A stretch of 64,000 nucleotides of DNA from Curvularia clavata (lineage: Eukaryota): positions 2,542,001 through 2,606,000 of the forward strand of contig CP089277.1 of assembly GCA_023920165.1 (NCBI GenBank). Reading direction: 5' to 3'. Position 1 is the stretch's first letter. Each line of letters begins with the position of its first letter. The position numbers and the translations under genes were made by a program. Below, in pieces: positions 12,001 through 24,962 of this stretch. Under the pieces are notes generated by a model, which ran no database searches, had not been told where the DNA came from, and saw nothing but the letters and a program-made list of their open reading frames with translations.

Positions 12001-15000
12001 CCGTCACCACCAACGCCTGAAGAGGCCGCTGTTATCGAGGAACAACCCGCAGCTGGGGATACGCCTGCCACTGAGGAGACGTCTGCTAATGAAGAAGTGA
12101 AAGCTGTCGAAGAGGTTTCTACTGTCGCTGCTGAAGAACCGCCGGCAGAGGAACCGTCACCGGCTGTGGAAGAGTCATCTGCTCTTCCCGAAAATGCAGC
12201 CGCCTCAGAGGAGATGCCAGTCGGTGAAGACCCTACAGTTGATACTCCAACCGCCGAAGAGGCACCTGCTAGTGAAGAGAGTCCTGTTACTGAAGAAGTT
12301 CACGCTACCGAGGAAGCTCCTATCACAGAGGAAGCTATTCCTAGTGATGAACCTTCTGCTACTGAAGAAGCTCCAGCTGCTTCAAAGGCTGAAGAAACTC
12401 CTGTTGCTCCTGCTGACTTAGAAGTTCCAGCTATCGAGGAGGCTCCCAAGGAAGAGACAGCCCCTCCAACCCTGACTGAAGAAGTCCCTGCTGCTGAAGC
12501 GGCCCCTGCAGCAGATGGCGAGGCTGCCATCGAGGACTACCAAGCGACAGACCAGGAAAGCCCCGATCCCGAGAAGCCCGTCGCCGAGACCGAAAGTGAG
12601 GCAGCTCCTCCGGTCCAATCCTCGACTACAGAAAATGAAGCGGAAGTGGAGTTGGGATCTGACGAAATAAGCACAGCAGGTAAGCATGTCTCCGCCGTTG
12701 TGCGACAATCTTCACCGATAAACATAATAGACGTTGTCTTCGCATGCTAATATATGGTAGCTGAATCTCAACCTGCCGACCTTCCTTCACCTGTCGCACC
12801 TATCACAACACTCATCGACGAGGGTTCAAGTGAAGGCCCTCAAGCCGACGACACCATAGCTGCAGCAACTCATACTGATGGGGAGCCATCTGAGCATGCG
12901 GATGCCAACGAATCTGAGCAAGACACCTCCGACTGGGAAAAAGACGACGATGATTCATCACAGTTCGATGCGAATGAGACTGACGCATCTGAACATCACG
13001 ATGCTGATGCACCCAGTACTACTCGTAGCTCCGTTGAGCTCAATCACGATTATATGGAAAAGTTGGAATCACCACAGCCTGGTGAGACTGTGAATGTCTT
13101 TGAATTCCAGGAATTTACTACTACTTCCGTGGTTGAGGCTACAGAGGCGACCGTCACGAAAGAAACGATAGCTACGGACAAGACGCTCCCAGAGCCCGAG
13201 ATCGTCACGCCAGGAGGGTTGGATGACGAAAAAGAACCAAACGTCGCCAATGTTGACACGCTACCCGAGTCACCACAGACTGTTGTGAAGGAAGAGATTC
13301 CTGAGACGACTATTGGCGAGACGCTCGAACAAGAGGCGGCGAGCGAGGCACTGGACACCAATTGCGATGCGGCACAACCAGAGTCACGACCGGAATGTGG
13401 TACGGGTAGTGAAGCAGCGGGTGCACTAGACGATACACCTGTTCTGGACCCTGTTGTCGGTGAGGCGGAACCCACAAAAAGCAGTGAGGTCTCCGAGGAC
13501 AGCGGACAGGCCGTGGAGTCGGCTATGCCCGGTGACGTGGGAAACGTGGGCGAGACAACAGGTAAGTAGACGACGCACATTGATTGCTTTTCACATCTTT
13601 TATGTCGCGTGCATTTTGTCGATTGTCACTGTCACTGAAGGGCTTCGTCACACACGGCTCCGCGATAGCGCCCTGCATGCACCGAATCGGGCTAGCGCCT
13701 AGCATGTGGGAACTTGCCATTGGCTGCCCCAGAATTTTGCTTTGGCCCACAGTGCCAACACATTCTGCCATTTGTCGCACTTGGCTTATCGTCACGTGAA
13801 ACAAAGTCACCATCTCGAGTCGGGCTGCGATGCATGGTATATGCGATTCGCCGAGAGTCTAACCTGCGTGGTTTTGCTTTGCGCTAGCCCGTCCGGCTAT
13901 CTTTTGCGTCCCGACATCCCCGTCACGCTCCAAACCCATCGTCACCTTCTTTTTTGCCATCATCCTTCTTTCTCCCCACGCCGGCAACATTCTTGTTGCA
14001 CACAAGCCTGCTTGGGCGACACTGCCACTAACTCGACACAGTTGACACTGCGGTCAATTCGCCCCCAGCCGAAGACACTCCGGGCGAGTCATGCGCAATC
14101 ACCCCGGCTGACGCACCTAGTGAAGTGAGCCCAAATTCGGCCTCAGAGGAGGCTGGCGTAGAAGCACAAACTGAACAACACACCGTCCAAGAGCCCCTGA
14201 CTGAGGATACTCCTGAACAGCCAGCTGTTACTGCATCCTCTCTGGACCATATCGACCAAGATGTTATAACCGCGGATCCAACATTAGCAGAAAGCGAACA
14301 AAGCCCTGCTTCAGATATACCCGCCACCCAGGTGCCGGAAGCGGTAAGTTAAAAAAAAACGCTCTAAAATTTTGTTTTGCGATTCTGGGATCGTCACTAC
14401 ATATGCTTCTCAGAGGTCATGCTTATGAATCATAGGTTGCTGTCCACCAAGATTCTTTGGAGGTGTCTGATCACCCCGAAGCTGATATGAAGGCCAACGC
14501 AGAACCAAAACCACAAGAGCCGGAGTCAGAGGCGGGAAGCGAATCAGAGTCTGAAGACGACTGGTCAGCGTCCGAAGTTTCATCCTCACCTCCCGGCGAT
14601 GATGTGTCACAGGTTGATGGCGCACCCAGCTCTGAACCTGGACATAGTGCGATCGATGAACCTGAAGATGCACCCTTGGAACATGACGCTCCTGTAGTGG
14701 CCGACAAGCCTGAGGCATCGCTAGCAGCTGAAGATGAACATGATGTCGACGATAGCTTCGAAGTTTCAGGTTCTGAAGTGTCAGCATCAGCTGTGCAGGA
14801 AGAAGATGGATCCGCGATAGCTGAGGAGGCGAGCCAAGTTGAAGCCGAAGGAGACGACTCAATTGTCGACCCTCCTGCCGAGCCTCTACTAGCTGAAAAC
14901 ACCGACCCACGACTATCACTTGCATTATCCGCAGCAACATGTGAGATCGTACCCGGAAGTGAGGTTGCCCCGTCTGAGTCTGGACAAGGCTCTCAAGTCA

Positions 15001-18000
15001 GTCTCGACAGTGCGCCCAGCGACATCGCAGATGCTCCTGCCGAAGAAGACTCGATCGTGTCTTCAGAAGGCTCCGAGGACGCCCAGGAAGAAGCAGCTGT
15101 GGATGCGGACGTGCCCGAGCCCCAAGAGCCATCTGAGCCAGCGCAGGACGAGATTGACGATGAAGCTGAAGATGACGATTGGGATGGGTCATCTTCAGTT
15201 AGCGGCTCCGGGAGTGAGGACGAAGCTGAAGAAAGCGAAATGCAACTGGAAGCAGCAGCCGAAGCGCCCGCGGATGAGGCTGACGCAGCTGATGATGGAG
15301 AGGAAGAAGCTGATGCCGCTGTATCTGAAGCTCAGCCGGCCGAGCCGGCTGCTGATGCGGAATCTCTCGTGTCTGAGTCAGCAGAAAGCGCTTCGAGTGT
15401 GCATGAGCCTGAGACTCAGGAAGTTGATACGCCTGCACCGGCGGCACCTGAAGACGCCCCCGAAGAGGCCAGTCCTGATGGCGAGGAGAAACTTGAAGAG
15501 CAGGCAGAGGATGATGCTACTGGGCATGAAGATGCCGAACCTGCTCCGATCGACGAACCAGAGGCAATCGAGCCTGCACCTCCTGCCGATGCAGACATTA
15601 TAGAACCACTTCCGGCCGACGATGCACCAGCTGACGAGCTAGAGCCTGAATCCGAAGAGAGTGAAGTATCGGTAGAGGATGATGATGAACCAGAGGGTGA
15701 AGCAGATGACATGCCTCCAGAAGATGCTCCAGCCGCAGAGGAGGTGGTAGCAGCAGCAGCAGCAGCAGCAGAAGAAGAAGATGAAGTTTCAGAGGCACCT
15801 TCTGAGCCCGCTCCAGAGGAGGTTGTTGCTGAAGAACAGGCACCTCCAGTTGGAGAAGCTTCCCCGGAGCCAGAACCAGAGTCCGAGCCTGAACCTGAAC
15901 CAGAGCCCGCCGAAATTTCTCCGGAAGCACAGCCTGAAGAAGAATCTCCGCCAGCTTCTGAAGCCGATGCTGAAGAACCACAGCCAGTTGTCGAAGATGC
16001 GACGGAAGAGGCTGTCGAGCCTGAGCCGGTCCCCGAAGAGGAACCTGAAGCTGCACCTGCATCCGAGGCTGCGCTTGCACCCGAGGAACTTCCTGTAGAA
16101 GAAGCTGCACCTGTTGAATCAGAGGCAGAACAGGAGCCAGAACCAGAAGCCGAGCCAACACCAGAACCTGAAGCTGAGCCTGAGCCTCAGCCTGAGCCAG
16201 AACCACCAGCGGAGCCAGAGCCGGAACCTGAGCCAATCGTGGAACCCGAACCCGAACCAGTAGTCGAACCAGAGCCAGTGACTGTGACAGAAACAGAGGC
16301 AGAGCCAGAGCCTGTAGCAGAGCCAGAGCCTGTAGCAGAGCCAGAGCCTGTAGCAGAGCCAGAGCCAGAGCCAGAACCAGTCGTCAATGCGGACGTAGAG
16401 GTACCAGTAGAAGAACCCCAGGCTGAACCGGCAGAATTGGAAGACGAGGCAGCCGACGGAGGAGTTGCGGTTGGTTTCATGCCTGCGCAAAGGTCACTCG
16501 ACTTTGTCGAAAGTCCAACCAGACCCCCGCCACCGATTCCCGTTGATGATCACAGAGACCGCGACTTCGCAATCGACGATGAGCTTGCAGCTGAACCTCC
16601 TGCCCGAGAAAGGCCTCGTCGGAGGCATTCGCATGCTCACCGCGATGGCTATCATTATTCTAGTCGTAGACGTGAGAGCGATGCTAGTTACAGGGAGCGT
16701 CCGAGCATGGCTGTGCCAGACTCTTCTGGTATGCCAAAGACCAAGCGTCGTGATAGCATGAACGAACGTGAAGCCGCCGAGCGAAGGAGAGAAAGGCTAC
16801 GTGAGGCCGAGAGAGCTGGCAGCAGCAGCGACCGAGAGAAAGCTTATCCCGAGTATCCATCGCGCCGCCGCGACAGCAGGAGCGACGAGAGACACCCTAA
16901 ACGCCGCCCTGTTGACGAAAGGGAAGACGAGATCGAAAGACAAAGGCGAAGAGAGGCTCGAAGAGCTGAAAAAGAGCGACTTGCTGCCGCAGATGCTGCT
17001 AGGCTCAAAGCCGAAGAGGAGGCTAGAAAACTGGAGCATCGTGAGCGACGTCGTGCAGCAAAGCGGGCAGAAGAGGAAGCAATCAGAGCTGCCGAGGATC
17101 GCCGCAGGCTCAAAGAAGAAAAGAGACAGGCGATTGAAGATGAGGAGAGACGGATTCGACACGAGAAAAGGCGACAGAGACATGAGGCCGAAAAAGAAGC
17201 CAAGCGTCTGGAAATGGAGAAGCTCGAAGAGGCTGCACGCGAAGAAGAGGAGGCCAGGAGACTTCGCAGACAGAAGAGGGCGGAGCGAGAAGCAGCCAAG
17301 TTAGCAGCTGCACAGCAAGACGACCTCATTGAGCCGCCACCTCGCGACACTGCTCGACGTGCTGCAGAGGATTATGAGGAGCCAGCGTCACCCCCTCCTC
17401 TACCACCGCTCGATGACGAGACCCCGCCTCGCAGCAACCCTCGGAGACGATTGAGCATCAGGGATACCCCAGGAAATGTGAAGCGCGGTATTTTTGGAGG
17501 TATTTTCGGTCGTTCGAAGCCAGAAGCCTCCCCGCCTGTGTCGAAACCTACCCGGTCAACCCGCGCGCGTGCGAACACGATCGACGGCCCCATTAAAGTC
17601 CCTCGAAGAGAATTTGAGCCAGAGAGTTCGCCAAGCAGGGATCTTTCTTCTAACAATGAAAGTCGCGACCGAGGCGACCGAGCACATCGTAGTCGACGTT
17701 ACTCACATCAACGTCGCCAGTTCGCATCTCCTGAGGAAGAAGCGGACTACTACAAGTGGAAAGAAGAGAGGCGTTACATGCGCCGTCCAGAGCACGAGAT
17801 GTCTGGTGGCAGGGATGGTGGAGTCTCTGTTCCGCAGCCAGTTGACGACCTTCCTCCACCACCACCGGTGCCTTTCGATTACGCGCTCGAGGACGAAGCA
17901 GTTGAGGACGCTGAATCACCTGTGATTGAAGATGCAGCTGCAGTTGTTGGCGTAGCCTCCTATTCCGACGAGGAGCGACGTGAGCGCCGACGCAGTCGCC

Positions 18001-18230
18001 GCATGTCCAAGCCTGAAGAACGCACCAAAACACGTCGAATCTCCTTTGCCGACAAGGAGCGACCTTCTGGTCGCCGCGTCGAGATCGAGCGTCCACGAGC
18101 TCGCGACCGTGGTGACGATCGCCCACGCCCCAAGAGAGGCGAGACTGAGCGCCGGGACAGACGAAAGAAGAAGGAAGAGTCTGGCGGCATCAAGGGTTTA
18201 TTCGGAGGTCTCAAGAAGAGAATCCACTGA
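9057..18230 (+). CDS. Giant intrinsically disordered Pro/Glu/Ala-rich protein (~2822 aa) with an Arg/Glu-rich charged C-terminal region; exons 9057-9258, 9311-12679, 12761-13561, 14042-14343, 14436-18230
   Basis: Five ORF-track segments join in frame through canonical GT..AG introns (GTATGC/TAG, GTAAGC/TAG, GTAAGT/CAG, GTAAGT/TAG). Summed exon length is 8469 nt = 2823 codons including the stop. Confidence 0.7.
10590..11900 (+). repeat. Degenerate coding repeat array (EP/AEP/PAPE units) with longer internal duplications
   Basis: GAGCCAACACCTGAAGCTGCACCGGAGCCAG occurs at about 10738 and 10906. GAGCCGACAGAG..AGAAGCCCCAGC occurs at about 10645 and 10978. GAAACGCCTGCA.CAGAT occurs at about 10831 and 11104. 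Confidence 0.85.
15750..15770 (+). repeat. (GCA)7 coding microsatellite (poly-Ala)
   Basis: gcagcagcagcagcagcagca is seen directly. Confidence 0.9.
16299..16379 (+). repeat. 18-nt coding minisatellite (GCAGAGCCAGAGCCTGTA)x3 plus GAGCCA units
   Basis: Three perfect copies at 16299-16352 encode AEPEPV repeats. Confidence 0.9.
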
Positions 18231-18949
18231 AACGATAATGAGATGTTTTTACGAGAAGACGGCCTTTACTTCAATGAACTGGTCAACGGCGTTTATGAGG
18301 TTTTTGCAGCATTTTGGCTCTATACCATTGAAAAGGAATCATCATCACACATCAGGTGTTTGCTGGCGTATTGGAATCAACATTGGGTTCGGATTGGTGG
18401 GCGGCCATTCTGTAATAGTATTTGTACTGGTCTTCTTTTCTTCAATTCTTGTTCATCTTCTTCTTTTGCTCCATATTTAGACCGCTAGACATGACTCGCG
18501 AGAGGACAACATACTAGTATAGCTTGTATTCACGTTTTTCCACATAAGTATCTTTTAATGAAGAGCTATGGGAACTATCCATCATGGTATTGATTTCTTC
18601 AATGTCACTGCTTGTAGGTGAGGCGGTGAAATTGAGTGGTGATGGCATGTAGGATACGTTGTGTTCATGATAGCCATCCCATGCGAAGCCATGCAACTGT
18701 GCCTGAAGAGGCTATTTACCATGGTAAAATATGGAGTTTCTGTAAAGGACCGCGTTTTTCGTAAAGAATCATAAAGGAGATGCAAGGAAATTGCGTCCTG
18801 AAGATAACAACGTGTGAATTACTGAGCGACAAGTCAAACGAAGCAAACGCCATACGGAACAAAGGCATAGACCACACATGTGGATAAAAGAAGAAAAGCA
18901 ATACCTAATACATAGACTTCGCAAAGCTTCACATCAAGTACCCAACCCA

Positions 18950-21639
18950 TCATCTCGCCCTCCCCGCATCCCTAGCCGCATACCCCCCTCGACTCCCCTG
19001 CCTCGGCGCCCCAGCACTCAACTGCCTCACCCTCCCTTGCACAACCTCATACACGCCATCAGGCAGATACGTCTCTCTCTCGCCCTCGATAGCCCCACCG
19101 CTTCTACCACGCTCCTCGCCATCCAGCCGCCCAGGATACTCAAAGCTCTCTCTATCCCTCGCGGCGGGCGCATCCTGCTCGCGAAACGAAGTCGAGGATC
19201 CCGCGTGCTGGTAGAAAGACCTTGGGTAGGGTTCTTGCTGGCCGTTGTGCGATGAGGAGACAATGATGCGGTTGAGGATGTTGTTCGAGATGCTGATGTC
19301 AGAGGAACGGTGCGCGCGCGATGGGGGGTCCATGGCCATGCTGCCGGTTTGGCTGGTGCTTCTGCTTCGGGGGATGCTGGGAGCGGGAGCAGAGTCGTCG
19401 ACCCATGGGTCGTAGGGAATACGCTGGCTATCTGGGGTTGTACTGCGGGCGCGTCTTCGCGCTGGGGCGTGGTTTGGGGGCGTGGATATCCTGGTGCCGA
19501 AGGGGTCGAAGGAGGGGGTTGCTTGCGAGTAGCTGTGCACACTGCCGACACTGCTTGTGCGACTGTTTCGCTTTTGGAGTTTTCTGCGGGGCTGCGGTTT
19601 CTCGTTATCGCTGGTGACGGTCTTGGTGACAGTGGTGGACAGGCTGGCTCGCCCGTAGAGGTACGGGTCGATGGCTGATTCTTCGGATTCTTGCCGCCCG
19701 CGCTGAGAAGCCGGCATCACTGGGTCTTCAGAATGTGGGCTGTGGCTGTTGGCTCGAGACCGTTTCTCGTTGTTTCGATCGGCAGTGCCGCCTCGACTAC
19801 TGCTCTTACCACTGCCTGCGCTTTCGATCAAGCGCTTATGCCACGAAGTGTTTCCGTAGTTGAAATTGAGGCGCTTCTCAGGGTCTTGTTTGCCGAACCA
19901 CAACGGTTCACTCTTTGAAATCTTCACTGCGTTGAGCCATGTATTACCCGGAGCCTCGTCGGCTAGCTGGAAGATGACGTCGACCTCTTCGAGAGAGCGG
20001 AATGCGGTTTCCGGGTAGAAGAAGTATACGAGGGGGATAATGGCAAAGTTTATGGCGGCGAAGATAATCCATGTCCGGTAAGAGATGCGCTGAAAGGCTA
20101 TCGGCGTGATGAAAACGATACTATGACGACGTTAGTGAATGTGGAAATGATACCCGGGGGTGGACATACACAAAGTTGAGCAACCAGTTGGCGCTGGTGG
20201 ACAGCCCATTGGCCGGACCGCGGATTCTCAAAGGCACAATTTCGACTTGGTACAGCCATGCCATACCTTGCCAACCGATAGCGAAGAAGACAGAAAAGAT
20301 GAACAAGAACACAGTACTGGCAATCCTTGCCGCCCCCATACCCTTCTCAACCCACAAGTACTGCAAGATGGTGATAAGGATCATACAACTCGACATACCC
20401 CCAGCGCCGAACATCATCAGAGAACGGCGGCCCCAGAAGCGATCGATACCGACAACGACGATGAACGAGGCGAGGAAATATAGTGTCGCTGAACAAGATG
20501 CTAGAAGTCTGGCAAGCCATCCAGTAAATGACATGCGGGTGAGGAGAATCCAGGAGAGATATTGCAGGACCAAGTTGATGCCCGTGCCTTGCTGGAAGAT
20601 TTGAACAAAGTAGGCAAGTACTACACGATGGAAGCCTCGTCGCTCTTTGTTAGAAAACATGCTCACTCCTGAACCTTGCGCCATGATCAAGATGGCGTCC
20701 TTGATCTGCAGGAACTCGTCTTTGGTCTCGAAGCTATCTGGTTCATCGTCATTCAACGCTGCCAGCACCGTGAGTGCTTCTTGTTCGCGTCCCGTCAAGA
20801 TCAGCCAACGAGGTGACTCAGGTAGCACGAATAGCATTGCGATAGCTGGGAGCGCGAACACGATTTGTAGGGCGATAGGTACGCGCCATGATGCTGAAGA
20901 GCCGCTGATGTAGGCGAAACCGAAGACGAACCAGTATGAGAGTGCGATGCCGGCGGATACGAATGCGCCGGCGCTGATCATGAGGATTGTGCCTTTGCGA
21001 TGGGACTTGACACATTCTGCTTGGTACGCTGGCGCAGTAGCTGTGGTGAAGCCATTGCCTGTGTCACAGTATCAGCATCCGCCTTTAAAACATGCTATAA
21101 CAGCACTTACCAAAACCAGCCACTGCGCGACCAACGATGAACTGGGGAAAGCTGTATGACGATGTCTGGATGATCTCGCCAATGACCCAGAACGACAAAC
21201 CCAAGATCAGTGTTTTCCGTCGTCCTAGCAAGTCACCAATGAAAATGGTTGCGATGGCAGACACGATGCAGCCCAAATTCCATGTTCCAACCGTGAGGCC
21301 TATGAGTGTCAGTGTCTATTTCGTATCATCAAAATGGCGCCGATATATGTGCAGAAGTACCGAAGTTTGCCTCAACGTACCAGTAACCCACGCATCGTGG
21401 AATGAAGGGTCATTGACAACGTCAACCTGAGGAAATCTGCTCAAGAACTGCTGAACGGTCAAGAGACCGCCCATCACACCCTGCGCATACCCGAAACATC
21501 TGTATCACATTAGTCAACGAATCAAACATTACCCACCATGTTCCCCAAACGGTGTGCCGACATACAAAAAGCAAAGACCGCAAGTCACACTAATGGCGCT
21601 CGCTAAACTCTTGCCTCGAAGTCCTAAGAATCGTGCCAT
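18950..21639 (-). CDS. MFS sugar porter (STL1-like) with an unusually long C-terminal tail, ~813 aa; exons 21639-21566, 21499-21381, 21299-21111, 21058-20170, 20120-18950
   Basis: Sugar-porter motifs are FGYAQGVMGG, GDLLGRRK, GRAVAGFGNG, PAYQAEC, LPESPRWL, DRFWGRR, EIVPLRIR and YPETAFRSLEE. Four canonical introns; exons sum to 2442 nt. Confidence 0.9.
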
Positions 21640-22855
21640 TTGCGCATAAGATACTACAGCAGCGTCGATGGAAATGATAGAAGTCCGTCTGAGGAGCTAC
21701 GAGAGTTAAGTGACGACGAGTTGCGTCGTATACACTCTTCGGCGCAGGCGTTGCGACGGTGCCCTTCTAGCATTTTCAGAACCCATGGAGCTGACCCATG
21801 TTGCCCAGCCGTCGCGGCTTCTGGCCATCACCCCAACGTCATGTTTTGCAGAGCTGTCGCAAGCGTTCTGTTCAGCTAATGCCGGCATCCCTGGCCACTT
21901 GTCCAAGGCGCTAAGGGTGAAAGAGATCGCGGAGAGTTCCCGCGATGCGCTACGTCGTTCCGGCACCTCCCCCAAAAACGTTTCATAGAAGGCAATTCTG
22001 GGGTAAGTTTGGACAGAGATATTAATGTTTTAACCAACAACCATGTGTATATTCGGTTTCAACTCGTCAAAAAACGTGAGGGCGCTCGACTCGCGACACT
22101 TGACTGATGACGTCTGCTCCATTTCCCCTCTTACACAATGACTTTTCTCCGCTTGCCACGCTCTCCAGCCGCAAACTTAGCACAAGCGTACCGCAAGAAA
22201 AAATGGGTAGAGGATGGGTGCCTACATACGGCCTGTCTGGTTATAGACTAGAAGGTCCTAAAACACGCGCTATAGCCCGTCTAATCTTGCAGCTGTCAGG
22301 TACGCGAAGTTAGAACCGAAATTTGAGTGGTTGCTCAAAATACCTAACAATTACGATCTCGATGCTCCACTGATGTCATCGACATGTTAGCGTCGATCAG
22401 TAATACGATCGAGCGTTCGGGGCCATGGGTGCTTGAAAATTGTAAGTGGAATACAACACTCGGGAAGCGATAAGGAAAGTTTAAAGGGGGGTAGGATGAA
22501 CAAATGCGAGTCAGTGGAACGATTCCGAGGTTGAATGTGATTTGTTGCCCAGTTCAAGAGTCGGTGCAGCATGGATTGGAAATCCATGGCTCACTAACGA
22601 TAGGTTCGGAACAAGAGCCGGGTTCTGGGATGCGAAGCGTGCTGGGATGATCAGATCAGGGACATGCTGGATATAATTGTTGTGGTATTTGTAAATCGGT
22701 TGGATTTCGGTCAGGCAATCCGTACTCACTGGCGGAGCACCATGCCCTATCGACCGCGAATATTCCTAGTCACAAATTGCCATTAGCATGCGAGTGTTAA
22801 GAGAACCGTTTGCGAAGGTCAAGGCAACTTTAGAGTAGAGTTGGGTATCAATTTG

Positions 22856-24838
22856 CTACTTGGCCAAAAATTTCTGAAACGCTTCCTGGTCAATCACAAC
22901 ATTTCCCACAGCCCGGAGCTTCTTCCTGCCCTCTTTCTGCTTTTCGAGCAGTTTGCGCCGCCTGCTGAGGTCGCTTGCATGTAGCTTGGCTAATACGTCC
23001 TTGCGGTAAGGCTTGATGGTAGCTCTGGCCACAATCCTTCTCCCTGCGGCTGCCTGTATGATGACCTCAAACATCTGCCGCTCGACGTGTTCCTTGAACT
23101 TCTCCACCCACGTGCGTCCCACCTTGTCAACTTGCGATGTGTGCAGGACGCGCGAAACGGCATCAACTGGGGAGCCGTTGACAAGTAGATTGAGTTTCGT
23201 AATCGATGACCGACGAAAACCGGCATCTTCGTAGTCCAGCGATGCATAACCCTTGGTGGAGCCTTTTAATTTGCCAAAGAAGTCATCTACCAGGTGCGAT
23301 AAGGGAATATCGTACTTGAGAATGACTTGCGAGGCTGTGAAGAAAGTGAGTTCCTTCTGCTCTCCGCGGTTGGCCTCGCAGAGCTTAATGACCTCACCAA
23401 GATACTCATCCGGCAGAGTGATGGTGGCAGACACGTAGGGCTCATGGACTTCCTGCACCTTGAAATGCACTTGGTCTTGATCCGGAAACTCATTGGGATT
23501 GGTGATGATGGACTCGGTGCCATCCCTCCATATCACCTTGAAAGGTACCGAAGGTGGCGTGATGATGATGTTCGCACCGTGCTCTTGACGAAGTCGGTCC
23601 TCGAACACAGAGCAATGCAGCGTTCCCAAGAATCCTAGGCGCCACCCAGCGCCCAACGCATCTGAAGATTCCTTCTGCAGAGTCACGCTGCGATCATTCA
23701 GAATAATCTGGTTGATGCTGTCTTCCAGATGCTCATGATTGTCCTGGTCAGTCGGGAAGGCAGAGACAAAGACCATGCTTTTGGGCTCCTCGAATCCAGG
23801 GTAAGGCTCAACCAGCTTCTCGGACCCAATGGTTGTGTAGGTATCGCCCACCTTGGCTTCCTGTGATCGCTTCATACCAGGGTTAAAGTAGATGTAGCCC
23901 ACCTGGCCTGCCCTCAAGACTGTCTGCGGCGTCTGATCGGGGTACATGATGCCGACCTCTCCCACAATGTACTTGAGCTTGGTCGCAAACGAGCGTATTG
24001 TGTCTCCAGGCCGCACCTGACCGTCGAAGATGCGCACAAGCAGAATGACTCCCTTGTACACATCATACCACGAGTCGACAAGGAGCATACGGAGAGGTTT
24101 GTTTGGGTCGCCTACCGGGGCAGGGATCTTGTCGACGACAGTTGGAAGGAGTGATGCTACGTTTAGTCCAGTCTTTGCGGAGACAAGCACAGCGTCCTCA
24201 GGGTCGAGCTCAAAAGTCTCATGCATCTGCTCAAGTACGCGTGGCGAGTCGGCATGAGGGAGATCGACCTTGTTCAGTACAGGGACCAGTGTCAGGCCCT
24301 GAGAGAAGGCAAGGTAGAAGTTCGCGACGGTCTGAGCCTGTACACCCTGGCTGGCATCTACCAGCAGCAATGCGCCTCCACAGCTGGCATAGCTCCGCGA
24401 CACCTCGGCACGAAAGTCGACGTGGCCAGGCGTGTCCACCAAATGCAGCAGATAGTCTTTGCCCTCGTGATTGTAGATCATGGTGCACGTTTGCGCCTTG
24501 ACTGTGATACCACGCTCCCTCTCTACATCGAGCTTGTCGAGGAATTGTTTCTGGCCACCGGGCTCAATGGTGCCTGTAAGCTCCAAGAGACGGTCCGACA
24601 AGGTCGACTTGCCATGATCGACGTGCGCCACAATGCAGAAGTTGCGGTAGCGGTCAATGGGGATGTCGGCGATGCGCTTCTCGAGCTCTCCCTGCGGGCG
24701 GAAGGCTTGGGCATACTTTCTGGCGGGGGTCCATAGGCGCTCAAGCAGGCGTGAGGTAGGTGGGAGAGCCCTGGAGCGAGCCAAGGGCGTCCGCCAGCCG
24801 TGCAGAAGGCTGCTTGCAGTTCGAACGCATGATCGCAT
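22856..24838 (-). CDS. GUF1: Mitochondrial translation factor GUF1 (LepA/EF4), ~660 aa
   Basis: GTPase motifs are [29 protein letters not shown] and NKVD. LepA C-terminus reads [19 protein letters not shown]. The Arg-rich N-terminus from MRSCVRT looks like a mitochondrial presequence. Confidence 0.97.
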   Translation of the reverse strand: MRSCVRTASSLLHGWRTPLARSRALPPTSRLLERLWTPARKYAQAFRPQGELEKRIADIPIDRYRNFCIVAHVDHGKSTLSDRLLELTGTIEPGGQKQFLDKLDVERERGITVKAQTCTMIYNHEGKDYLLHLVDTPGHVDFRAEVSRSYASCGGALLLVDASQGVQAQTVANFYLAFSQGLTLVPVLNKVDLPHADSPRVLEQMHETFELDPEDAVLVSAKTGLNVASLLPTVVDKIPAPVGDPNKPLRMLLVDSWYDVYKGVILLVRIFDGQVRPGDTIRSFATKLKYIVGEVGIMYPDQTPQTVLRAGQVGYIYFNPGMKRSQEAKVGDTYTTIGSEKLVEPYPGFEEPKSMVFVSAFPTDQDNHEHLEDSINQIILNDRSVTLQKESSDALGAGWRLGFLGTLHCSVFEDRLRQEHGANIIITPPSVPFKVIWRDGTESIITNPNEFPDQDQVHFKVQEVHEPYVSATITLPDEYLGEVIKLCEANRGEQKELTFFTASQVILKYDIPLSHLVDDFFGKLKGSTKGYASLDYEDAGFRRSSITKLNLLVNGSPVDAVSRVLHTSQVDKVGRTWVEKFKEHVERQMFEVIIQAAAGRRIVARATIKPYRKDVLAKLHASDLSRRRKLLEKQKEGRKKLRAVGNVVIDQEAFQKFLAK

Positions 24839-24920
24839 GGGTGGGCATGAGATCAAATCAATGCGTGGCTGCTGGTCGTGTTGGATGGCTGTCGCAACTT
24901 TTCTTTGCTGGAAGTTGATC

Positions 24921-24962
24921 ATCTCATCTTATCTTATCAGTGGCATCTTATCTTATCTTATC
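24921..24962. promoter_or_regulatory. Two tandem (ATCTT)n blocks giving five GATAAG sites on the minus strand, in the GUF1/MAD2 divergent intergenic region
   Basis: atctcatcttatcttatc agtggc atcttatcttatcttatc. Confidence 0.5.

Noticed and set aside
10584..12071. 495-aa Ser/Gly/Ala-rich minus-strand ORF
   Set aside because: It is the antisense shadow of the repetitive EPA-coding exon, which lacks stop codons on the reverse strand.
24839..24922. Longer GUF1 N-terminus given in the ORF track
   Set aside because: The extra 28 aa do not look like a presequence, whereas [12 protein letters not shown] at 24838 does.
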